Below are positions 38,140 through 46,458 of a DNA stretch of 64,000 bases, piece by piece. A program made the translations under genes and the position numbers. How positions within the stretch are numbered: position 1 is the first letter of the stretch; every line of letters begins with the position of its first letter. The notes below the pieces were generated by a model. That model saw only the letters and a program-made list of their open reading frames with translations, had not been told where the DNA came from and made no database searches. The DNA comes from Planctomycetota bacterium (GTDB lineage: Bacteria > Planctomycetota > PLA2 > JAEUHO01). The stretch is taken from positions 1,120,001 to 1,184,000 of the forward strand of contig CBDCTJ010000007.1 of assembly GCA_965222115.1 (NCBI GenBank), written 5' to 3'.

Positions 38140-39538
38140 TTCGGGCATCATCAACCGCTGCCACCGGAGGGGGGGGAACAAGACATTTCGCGTATCGCAC
38201 TTTGCCGTTCGAATCCGGCTGCAACCTGACAACTTCGTGCATACGGACATCGACCTCCCCGCCACAAAACGCATGTAGACGGTTGTGGAGGGCCATGCGG
38301 TGGTGCGGTTCGTATCTGGGTCCGGGAACGAAGTAGACATCCAGGGCCGTGAGCTCGCGCTGGACGATTTGGGCATCCAAGATGCCCTGCCCCATATGTG
38401 ATACGCCGCGCACGTCGATTGCACAGCCCAGGACTCGAGTGCCACTCGGCATGATGAACACGTCGGTGGTTCGCCCCGTGAGCGACTTGAGTACCGGACG
38501 GGGATTGCCACACGGGCAGGGTGCGTTGCAGAGGGTGCCCATGTCACCCGTACGATACCGAATGAAGGGCATGGCTCGATTGTGTAGGTCGGTAGCAATC
38601 AGCTCGCCGCGGTCACTTGTCTCCAACCAGACGCCGGCCGTATTGATGTGCAGTCGATGGTGGGTTGGGCATTCTTCCGCAATCCACCCCAATTCCCGGG
38701 AACCATAAAATGTGAGGACGTTCGCGTTGAACTCCCGGGCGACACGCGCGCGCTGGTCCTCAAATATCTGCTCTGCGGTGAGAACCACCAGGGGTACGTT
38801 CAAGCGCCGATCGGCCGCCAAGAGGTACCGGGCAAGCAAGTCGGCGGCGCTTCCGTACGCCTGCATTACGCGCGGGCGAAATGCATCTATCTTTCTGATG
38901 TGTTCTCTCAGTATGGCATCGTCCATGGACGCGGCAGACAGGTACAGCGCGTGATCCACGAGGCGACTCTTAAGTACATGCTTGAGTTGCCGCAGTCCCT
39001 TTCGTGCCCCTTGCGGCAAGTCCTGGGCCGCGCCCCATAGAAACGCCACCCGGTCGTGCCGTTGCCATCCCATGCAAGCACGAAGCGCGTCACTCATCGC
39101 GTTCTTATTTAGAATTGCGTAATCGTCTTGGAAGTAAGGAAGGGGTACTGAAGTCGTTCCCCCGGTTCGAAACTGACGCACGCGGTGGGAAGGGTAGATC
39201 GGCGAGCGCAAATCCTCAGCATGGGCGCGGATATCGAGCCGAGATATCGTCGGCAGCGCGCCGAGCACAAGCTCGGGCGAGTCATGCCACGGATCCACGC
39301 CGGCACGCATCATGCGCAACCCATGCAGCGGGACGTATCGGTACGCGTACTGCAACAAGCTCGCTAAGTCCCGCCGCGCCCTGTGCTGTTGCTCATCGCG
39401 CGAAAGCCGGTATCGGTACTTGTAGCCCGCCACAAGCGAGGACCAACGCGAGCGGTGAAGTAGCGAACCCCAACGCTCCATGCGGCGTATAGCGCGGTCC
39501 CAAGTTTGCCGTTCGCGCTCGTGTACCAGCATGTTCAT
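38132..39538 (-). CDS. Phenylacetate-CoA ligase / CapK-like adenylate-forming enzyme (paralog 2)
   Basis: TGGTTSVP, YGSRELG, MPFIRYRTGD, CPCG, TGRTTD, SNGKVR. Confidence 0.88.
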   Translation of the reverse strand: MNMLVHERERQTWDRAIRRMERWGSLLHRSRWSSLVAGYKYRYRLSRDEQQHRARRDLASLLQYAYRYVPLHGLRMMRAGVDPWHDSPELVLGALPTISRLDIRAHAEDLRSPIYPSHRVRQFRTGGTTSVPLPYFQDDYAILNKNAMSDALRACMGWQRHDRVAFLWGAAQDLPQGARKGLRQLKHVLKSRLVDHALYLSAASMDDAILREHIRKIDAFRPRVMQAYGSAADLLARYLLAADRRLNVPLVVLTAEQIFEDQRARVAREFNANVLTFYGSRELGWIAEECPTHHRLHINTAGVWLETSDRGELIATDLHNRAMPFIRYRTGDMGTLCNAPCPCGNPRPVLKSLTGRTTDVFIMPSGTRVLGCAIDVRGVSHMGQGILDAQIVQRELTALDVYFVPGPRYEPHHRMALHNRLHAFCGGEVDVRMHEVVRLQPDSNGKVRYAKCLVPPPPVAAVDDARNA

Positions 39539-39540
39539 CG

Positions 39541-40653
39541 CTAGGCGTCTCTGCTGTCTGTCGCGGCCGGATACGTCGTTATCCACCCCTTGAGGTATCC
39601 CATGCCAAGCCCCGTGTGAGTCACGAAAAACGCCACGGGCAGCAAGGGCAAAAGCGCCCATCCGCGTTTGCTCGCAGTATGGATCGACGCAACCAGCGAA
39701 AGTAGCGCATACAGAGCGTAGGGCGCCACACCTAACCAACGCCATGGCGACGGGAGGAACCATGCCATCGCCACGGCAATCGGTATGCCGAGCACGAAGC
39801 CAAGCGGAATCAGCGACTCGATCTGAAAGGCGGAGCGGTGCTTTCGATGCAGGCGCGCGCGACCGAGGCCGTAGCGATGCATTTGCTTGTAGAGTGCGCG
39901 AAACGAACTACGCGGTTCGTATTCGACCGCCAGCGCGGGACTGGTATAGCAGTCGAGTCCTGCTTGCTCACAGCGGTAGTTGAACTCCACATCTTCACAC
40001 GCGTCAAAACGCGTGTCGAAGTTGCCGACCTTCTCAAACGTACGGCGGTGGTACATGGCCCCCGAACTGGTGGGGGCGACTTTGCGCTCGCTGTTGTCGT
40101 AGATTGTGCTGTGAACACTGTGGCCAAATGGTGATGTGCGTGCCGCGGCAACTGCACGTGCAGTCATTCCGTCTTGGCTTGGCACCAATGGCTGCGGGCG
40201 CGAAAGGCAGTCAGCGCCCGTTCGCTCAAAGAGATCGACCATATCGGCAAGCAGGGTGCGACTGGGTAGGTGGCAATGACCATCGATAATGGCCACGTAG
40301 GTGCCGCGCGAGTGCTCCACGCCGAGCGCACGTGCTGCCGAGGAGAGTCTCTTGGGGTTGTTGAGCACCCGCACGCGCGAATCGCGAGTCGCCACGCGTT
40401 TCACGCGCTCCACGGTGTTGTCGGTGCTCTCTCCATCCACGACCAGGACCTCAAGCGTGAGTGCGCCGAGTTCTTGCGAAAGAACCTCACCGAGCACGGC
40501 TTCGATATGTGCCGCTTCGTTGCGAACCGGCATGACAACCGTGATGTCCACAGGCGTACCATCGGAATTGGCAGCCGGGCTAGACGAAGTCAATGAGGCC
40601 TCGTGGGCGTTTGGTGAAAGGGAGGTGTCAGGCACGGGGCAACGGCTCCGCAT
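39541..40653 (-). CDS. Glycosyltransferase family 2 (ExoA-like)
   Basis: VVMPVRNE, VVDGESTD, IIDGH, EDVEFNYR, QMHRYG, and C-terminal TM helices. Confidence 0.9.
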   Translation of the reverse strand: MRSRCPVPDTSLSPNAHEASLTSSSPAANSDGTPVDITVVMPVRNEAAHIEAVLGEVLSQELGALTLEVLVVDGESTDNTVERVKRVATRDSRVRVLNNPKRLSSAARALGVEHSRGTYVAIIDGHCHLPSRTLLADMVDLFERTGADCLSRPQPLVPSQDGMTARAVAAARTSPFGHSVHSTIYDNSERKVAPTSSGAMYHRRTFEKVGNFDTRFDACEDVEFNYRCEQAGLDCYTSPALAVEYEPRSSFRALYKQMHRYGLGRARLHRKHRSAFQIESLIPLGFVLGIPIAVAMAWFLPSPWRWLGVAPYALYALLSLVASIHTASKRGWALLPLLPVAFFVTHTGLGMGYLKGWITTYPAATDSRDA

Positions 40654-40801
40654 TGGAAATCGACTCCGAAATGGATTCGCCTCCGAATGACGCGTGTCTC
40701 CTTAGAGGATAGGCGATTCGTTGAGGGAATCCCGCTGTTCGGTCGATAGAAGCAGGTAGACCCTCATCGACCATGCTGCCCTGTTCCCTGAGAGTTCCGC
40801 G

Positions 40802-42208
40802 GTGATCCGCGAACCGTCCCTACGCACTTCCGGAGACCGCGTGTCCGTTTCAAGGCTCACTTGGCATCTTACCCATGGGCGGTGGAATCCCGGTTGGCGC
40901 AAACGCCTAAGGGAGATCCGGCGTGTCTCTCGCAAGGACACCGATGCCTTTGCCACGTGGCAGTCCTCGCGCATTGAGCAACACTTAACGTGGGTGCGTG
41001 ACCACATGCCTTACTTTCGTGATGCAGCGCCCACGCCTAACACAGCGCTCGCGCTTAACACATTATCGGCATGGCCAATTCTTTCGCGCGCGAATGTGCA
41101 AGAACACCGCGAAGCGCTTCGCGATTTTTCCCGCGGGCCCGAGACTCTAAACGTTGACGCCACCGGCGGATCCACGGGCGAACCCGTCCGGTTCTATAAC
41201 GATGCCGACTATCAATGCGCCACCTTTGCATCGGAACTGCTGCTTTACGAGTGGTGGGGTGTGAAGCCCTGGTCGCGGCTCGCTGTGATTTGGGGCGATG
41301 ACCGCGAACTCGCGTCGGTTTCGAAGATAGAACAGTGGATCGAACGACTCCTCGGACGTATTCACCTAAACGCGTTCGATGTGTCGCCGGAGGATCTTGC
41401 GGCATTTCGAGCCAAGTTGGTGAAGCATCGTCCTGCGGTTGTGCAGGGTTACGCCACCGCCCTTGAGTTGGTTGCCTCGTATCTGGTTGAGCAGGACGAG
41501 ATTCGGGTGCGCCCGTCCTTTATTCGTTCCGCCGCCGAATCGCTGTTGCCCGCGCAGCGCGATGTGATTGCGCGCGCATGGGGTCGACCCGTCTGTGATG
41601 TCTACGGTTCGAGAGAGAGCGCGAGTCTCGCGGCGCAGTGTCGTCATGGCGGCTTCCATGTGCTTGCGCACGGTAAAGTAATTGAGCTTGTTGATGACCG
41701 GGGCAGCGCCGTGCCGCCGGGCGAACCCGGGCGCGTATTGATTACCGATCTCACGAACCGCGCCTTTGGGTTTGTGCGTTATGAAAATGGTGATGTGGCG
41801 TCGTGGTCCAAGGAAACACGTTGCGCCTGCGGATCGCCTTATCCCATGCTCGAAAAAATTTATGGACGCACGAGCGACTTTATTACGACACCCGATGGGC
41901 GTCGGATTCACGGTGAGTGGTTCACTCATTTGTTTTACGATGTCGAGGCGGTTTCGCGCTTTCAACTCGTCCAGACCGGCACCCATCGCATCGAACTTTT
42001 GACGGAAGGCCCGGCGCAAGAGGACACGCTGGCACCGATTCTTGCGACTATGCGCGAGCGGCTTGGGCCCGACGTCGCAATAGCGTGGCGTCGCGTGGAC
42101 CAGATCCCGCGCACCACATCGGGCAAGCACCGATTCACAATTTCACACGTTCCCTATTTGCACGCCGACGTCTCATCGTCCAGACAAGCTGCAACGGAGT
42201 CTCCGTGA
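40802..42208 (+). CDS. Phenylacetate-CoA ligase / CapK-like adenylate-forming enzyme (paralog 3)
   Basis: TGGSTGEP, YGSRE, FVRYENGD, CACG, YGRTSD, TSGKHR. Confidence 0.88.
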   Translation: MIREPSLRTSGDRVSVSRLTWHLTHGRWNPGWRKRLREIRRVSRKDTDAFATWQSSRIEQHLTWVRDHMPYFRDAAPTPNTALALNTLSAWPILSRANVQEHREALRDFSRGPETLNVDATGGSTGEPVRFYNDADYQCATFASELLLYEWWGVKPWSRLAVIWGDDRELASVSKIEQWIERLLGRIHLNAFDVSPEDLAAFRAKLVKHRPAVVQGYATALELVASYLVEQDEIRVRPSFIRSAAESLLPAQRDVIARAWGRPVCDVYGSRESASLAAQCRHGGFHVLAHGKVIELVDDRGSAVPPGEPGRVLITDLTNRAFGFVRYENGDVASWSKETRCACGSPYPMLEKIYGRTSDFITTPDGRRIHGEWFTHLFYDVEAVSRFQLVQTGTHRIELLTEGPAQEDTLAPILATMRERLGPDVAIAWRRVDQIPRTTSGKHRFTISHVPYLHADVSSSRQAATESP

Positions 42209-44418
42209 GCGACGCTCCCAAGAAACTGCTGATGCTCTGCGACGTGTTCGGTGGTGCCCACGGGGGCACCGAAGGGCAGATGGTGGCGTTGGCGCGCGGA
42301 CTGCCATCTCCGTGGACCGCAACGTTGTGGGTATTACAGGATTCCGATTACTTGGCCAGTCACCCGTTTCCTTGTTCGTGGCGCGCCATGAACATACCCG
42401 CAACCAAGAATCCTGCATACCCCCGTTGGCTAAAACGCGAAGCCCGTCGCATTGCCGAGCAAGACTTTGACTTGATCCACGCGTTTCACTCCGACACCTG
42501 CGTGGTAGCGCCGATCTTGGGACGCTTGGCCGGTGTGCCGGTGATTACGTCACGTCGCGATCAGGGCTATTGGCAAACACGTCGCATGATCAGCGTCTTG
42601 CGTCGTGCCAACCGCGCGGCGGCACGCATCATTAGCAACAGCGACGCGGTCGCGCGCCGAACCATCGACATTGAACACGCGCTGCCCACGCAGCTGGCCG
42701 TCGTAGGCAACGGCCACGATCCTGCGCGCTTTGAAACACCCCCCGATGTGTCGCTTCGTGAGCGGCTAAACATTCCGAACGATGCACAATTGATTGGACT
42801 CGTCGCCAACTATCGACCACTCAAGCGGCAGATCGATCTTATTGACGCGCTTGCGAACCTGCGCGACGATCATCCGACGGCTTACGTTCTCTTCGTAGGA
42901 ACGGGTGGTGGCATGCACACGCTGCTCAAGCGAGCACGCGAATGTTCTCTGTTGGACCGCATTCGCGTTCATCCCGTGCGCGGCGATGTCGTGCCGGTGG
43001 TGAAGAACTTAGACATTGGCGTGCTCTGCTCGGAGAGCGAAGGGCTCTCCAATGCAATCATTGAATACATGGCGTGTCGCTTGCCGGTGGTGGCCACGAA
43101 TGTGGGCGGCAATCCCGAACTGGTCACTGACGGAGAGAACGGTTTGCTCTATGCGCCCGGCGACGTGGATCAGTTGGCGTCGGCGCTTGCGCGCTTGCTG
43201 AGCAACGAACGCGAACGCACCGCCATGGGGGATGCATCGCGCCGTCGCTTTGATGAGCGATATACGCTTAGGCGCATGCTTCACGACACTGTGGCCACGT
43301 ACGAAGACGTGCTTCAAGAACGGAAGCAACCTGCAATCGATCTATGGTCATGGCGAGAGGTCGTCACGGAGCAAGGCCTGGACGCTATTGAAGACGAATG
43401 GCGAGCGCTGGCAGGGGAAGGGCAGTTCTTCTGTGGCCCGTCGTGGGTGCGCACGTGGCTACGCACCGGGGATCATCGCCCCAGCGTGTGGATTGCTCGT
43501 GATGCATCGGGCGCGGTGTGTGGCGTGATGCCGCTTACGCGTTCGTCGCGAGGCACGCTCCGATTTTGTGGACAAGAACGAGGCGCCGATCACTTGGATG
43601 TGGTTGCGCCCATCGAGCAGCGCGCAGCCATCGCCTATTCGTGGCTCAAGCAGATGGCCGTGACACCCGGTTGGACGCGCATGGTGCTCGAACACGTACC
43701 CGAGGGCGCCGCGTTGCGCCGTGCGTTGCGCTTGCATCAGGGCAAGATTCCCTATGGGGAGCGTCGTGCCACCGTGTGTCCGTACATCGATACGACCACT
43801 TCGTGGGACGAGTTCTTGATCCAGAAGTTTAGCCGTAAGCGTCGTCACGAGTTGCGGCGTGTACTCCGGCGTTTTGAGGAACGTGAGGGCACGCGGGTGG
43901 TGTACGCCACCACGCCAGAAGAGACCACGTCACTTCTGGATGTGTTGTTCACGCTCCACCGCGCCCGGTTTACCGATCAGGGCAAAGAGACATCTTTTGA
44001 GGGCGACGAGGTCGCGGCATTTCATCGCGCGCTGGCCACTACACTTGTCACGCGCGACGAGCTGTTCTTGGCCGCGCTCTACGACGGCGATAAGCCATTG
44101 GCCTGCTACTATGGATTTCGTGATGGCGACAAGATGTACCACTTTCAAAGTGGCATCGCCTCCATCGAACGTGGGACGAGCCCCGGCACCATTCTTCGCG
44201 CCATCGTCTTGCGCGACATGGTCTTTGGGTCGGGCTTACGCGAGTTTGACTTTCTCGACGGCGATGAGGCCTACAAGTTTCAGTGGGCCACCGGCGTGCG
44301 CGGACTCTACGACCTACACATTGCGCGCCCCAGTCGTCGTGGGCGCGCACGCGTCTTACTGGGCGGCATCAAAGAACTCGCCAAGGACGAGGTCAAGCAC
44401 ATGCTGGGCCGCAAGTAG
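42205..44418 (+). CDS. Fusion of GT4 glycosyltransferase and GNAT (CelD/BcsL, Acetyltransf_6-like) domain
   Basis: N-half: GGTE, SEGLSNAIIEYMA, TNVGGNPE. C-half: CPYID, SRKRRHELRR, SPGTIL, EFDFLDGDEAYKFQW. The GTG start overlaps the upstream TGA. Confidence 0.88.
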   Translation: MSDAPKKLLMLCDVFGGAHGGTEGQMVALARGLPSPWTATLWVLQDSDYLASHPFPCSWRAMNIPATKNPAYPRWLKREARRIAEQDFDLIHAFHSDTCVVAPILGRLAGVPVITSRRDQGYWQTRRMISVLRRANRAAARIISNSDAVARRTIDIEHALPTQLAVVGNGHDPARFETPPDVSLRERLNIPNDAQLIGLVANYRPLKRQIDLIDALANLRDDHPTAYVLFVGTGGGMHTLLKRARECSLLDRIRVHPVRGDVVPVVKNLDIGVLCSESEGLSNAIIEYMACRLPVVATNVGGNPELVTDGENGLLYAPGDVDQLASALARLLSNERERTAMGDASRRRFDERYTLRRMLHDTVATYEDVLQERKQPAIDLWSWREVVTEQGLDAIEDEWRALAGEGQFFCGPSWVRTWLRTGDHRPSVWIARDASGAVCGVMPLTRSSRGTLRFCGQERGADHLDVVAPIEQRAAIAYSWLKQMAVTPGWTRMVLEHVPEGAALRRALRLHQGKIPYGERRATVCPYIDTTTSWDEFLIQKFSRKRRHELRRVLRRFEEREGTRVVYATTPEETTSLLDVLFTLHRARFTDQGKETSFEGDEVAAFHRALATTLVTRDELFLAALYDGDKPLACYYGFRDGDKMYHFQSGIASIERGTSPGTILRAIVLRDMVFGSGLREFDFLDGDEAYKFQWATGVRGLYDLHIARPSRRGRARVLLGGIKELAKDEVKHMLGRK

Positions 44419-44436
44419 TCGTCGCGACTAGTCGCG

Positions 44437-44901
44437 TTACTCGGCGGGTTTGGTCTCTTCGGCCTTGGGCGTATCGGGCGCGGTTGCTGCCGAAGCAAGT
44501 TTTTTGGCGAGATCGGGATTGCTCGTAAGCATGCAAGCGCCCCAGCCCGCTAGGCTTGCGAGGAAGTAGAACCAAAATCCAATTCCGTTTGAGCCACCAG
44601 CGATGAGGCCTGCAATACAGAATATGGACGATACAAAGAACACCAGCGTGGCCACGGTTACGTGTCGCCCGGCGCTCATATCGAGCCACTCGGTCTTACC
44701 TAAGAACAAACCTCCAGAGACGAGGGTTACAAGTGAGGCGAACAGCAACAAAAACGCTCCACCTGGAGGCCCACCAATAAAGTGAATCCACCTCGTCTTG
44801 TCGTTTCCAGCCGGAACTGTGGCAATGGGAAGAACGAGTGCTGACACCAACATGACCAGGGCACAGATCGCCATCACCATGATCAGAAATTTGCGATTCA
44901 T
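44437..44901 (-). CDS. Hypothetical four-TM membrane protein
   Basis: Four hydrophobic segments and GGAAGGAG RBS. Confidence 0.7.
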   Translation of the reverse strand: MNRKFLIMVMAICALVMLVSALVLPIATVPAGNDKTRWIHFIGGPPGGAFLLLFASLVTLVSGGLFLGKTEWLDMSAGRHVTVATLVFFVSSIFCIAGLIAGGSNGIGFWFYFLASLAGWGACMLTSNPDLAKKLASAATAPDTPKAEETKPAE

Positions 44902-44940
44902 ATCGGGGCTCCTTCCAGGTTCGCCGGGATACTTCGGGGA

Positions 44941-45019
44941 CTCCAAGCTTGCACAACGATTCGTGGAATTGCAAAGCTTACTCGCCCACCGTCAAGAAGC
45001 TCGATTCTACGTCTTCCAC
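44941..45019 (-). pseudogene. Possible remnant of a Doc/Fic toxin N-terminus
   Basis: GTG overlapping the antitoxin stop reads VEDVESSFLTVGE*ALQFHESLCKLG, resembling the Doc N-terminus FLTxEEVLxxH. Confidence 0.4.
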
Positions 45020-45243
45020 TACTCCGCCAACTTCTTCAAAGCCCCGTGATACGTCTCATTGATCTTCAGGAGCGACGACTGGAGCTGCTGCGCGCGCTCG
45101 TCGTCTACTGGTGTAATGACGAGACGGCCGTCCTCGGCGGTGATCGAAAGAGTCGTGGTGTCGTCGATCCCAAGTCTCTCCAACATGGCCCCGTCAATGA
45201 TTAGTGCTAGGCCATCGCCGTGTTTGGTCAGTCGCTTGATCAT
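45019..45243 (-). CDS. AbrB/MazE/SpoVT-family antitoxin
   Basis: MIKRLTKHGDGLALII...LERLGI...LVITP...YHGALKKLAE. Confidence 0.85.
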   Translation of the reverse strand: MIKRLTKHGDGLALIIDGAMLERLGIDDTTTLSITAEDGRLVITPVDDERAQQLQSSLLKINETYHGALKKLAE

Positions 45244-45294
45244 CGAGGTCTCCCTGCGAATGCGAAACATCGTAGCACCCGTCGATCTGAGTGC

Positions 45295-46458
45295 TTACCG
45301 AACGTCTCGGTTAGCGAGTGTTCGATACAGCGCCTCGAGTTTTCGTGACTGCACGGCTGCGTCGTAGCGATTTCGTACGCGTTCAAAGGCCGTGTCGCCA
45401 AGATTGGCTCGTTCCACGTCTTCTCGGGCGAGGCGTTCTAGGACGGTTGCAAGCGCACGCGCATCGCCCGCTGGGACCATGGCGCCCGCTGCGCCGTGAT
45501 CCAGTGCCCTCGGCAAACCACCCACACGACTGGCAACAATGGCGCGTCGCGCTGCCATGGCTTCGAGTACAGCCAAGGGCAAACCTTCGCGGTGGGAAGG
45601 AAGCGCGAAAATGTCGGCGGCGCCGAGGCAGGCGGCGGGGTCTTTGCGCCAACCGGCGAAGGTCGTTACAGCATCAATGCCCACCTCGCCTGCGAGGAGT
45701 TCGAGACGCTCTCGCTCCATGCCATCACCGACCAGCACGAGGCGCACGTTGAGTGACGATGCGCGCGCATGAACCAAGCCCACAGCCTCCACAAGTACGG
45801 CATGACCCTTCTCCGGACTCAAGCGTCCGAGCGAAAGTACAACGATGTCCTGTTCACGGGTGCCGAAGGAAGCTCGCGTGCCCGCGCGATCGAGTGCGGC
45901 CTTGTTTGCCACGTCGTCCACATCGATGGCGTTCTCGACGCAGTGAAGTTGATCCGAACGCAGCCCGTCGCGCTCCAGCCGCAAGGCGAGCGCTTCGCTC
46001 ACGGCAATCACCGCGTCGAATTTCTTGAGGCTCTTGCGGTCCAGTGCCTCGAAGATGCGGATCTTCCAGTTCTCCCCCGTGTAGCCGTGAACCAACGCCA
46101 CCGTCGGCGTTTTGGCGCCGCGCGTGGCTTGGCGCGCAATAAGGTTGGCTTTGTAGTCGTGACACACCAGTACATCTTGCGGGTGACGTTGGAGCCATTC
46201 GCGCAAGCGACGAACGATACGCCGGTCATAGCTAGTGCGCTGTGGGATCGCAAACGTGTCTACGCCATGCGCTTCGAGTGCCTTGAGAAGTTCGCTCGTG
46301 CTTCCCTCGCGAACGAAACTTGCCACCGTCATATGAACGTCGGGTGAAGCCAGGCGACATTGATTGAGAATCAGTCGTTCGGGCCCGCCAAAGATGTCGG
46401 CATTTCGCACATGGAGCACACGGAGGCGCGCATCGCCGGTGGTTGTCGTGGGCGTCAT
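45295..46458 (-). CDS. Glycosyltransferase family 4
   Basis: GGPER, GRLSPEKG, PSHREGLPLAVLEAMA. Confidence 0.92.
   Translation of the reverse strand: MTPTTTTGDARLRVLHVRNADIFGGPERLILNQCRLASPDVHMTVASFVREGSTSELLKALEAHGVDTFAIPQRTSYDRRIVRRLREWLQRHPQDVLVCHDYKANLIARQATRGAKTPTVALVHGYTGENWKIRIFEALDRKSLKKFDAVIAVSEALALRLERDGLRSDQLHCVENAIDVDDVANKAALDRAGTRASFGTREQDIVVLSLGRLSPEKGHAVLVEAVGLVHARASSLNVRLVLVGDGMERERLELLAGEVGIDAVTTFAGWRKDPAACLGAADIFALPSHREGLPLAVLEAMAARRAIVASRVGGLPRALDHGAAGAMVPAGDARALATVLERLAREDVERANLGDTAFERVRNRYDAAVQSRKLEALYRTLANRDVR

Noticed and set aside
38140-38598. Long N-terminal extensions in the ORF track (also at 41917, 49097, 21718, 9001, 53027)
   Set aside because: They overlap neighbouring real genes or leaders; downstream starts fit family N-termini or stop/start coupling.
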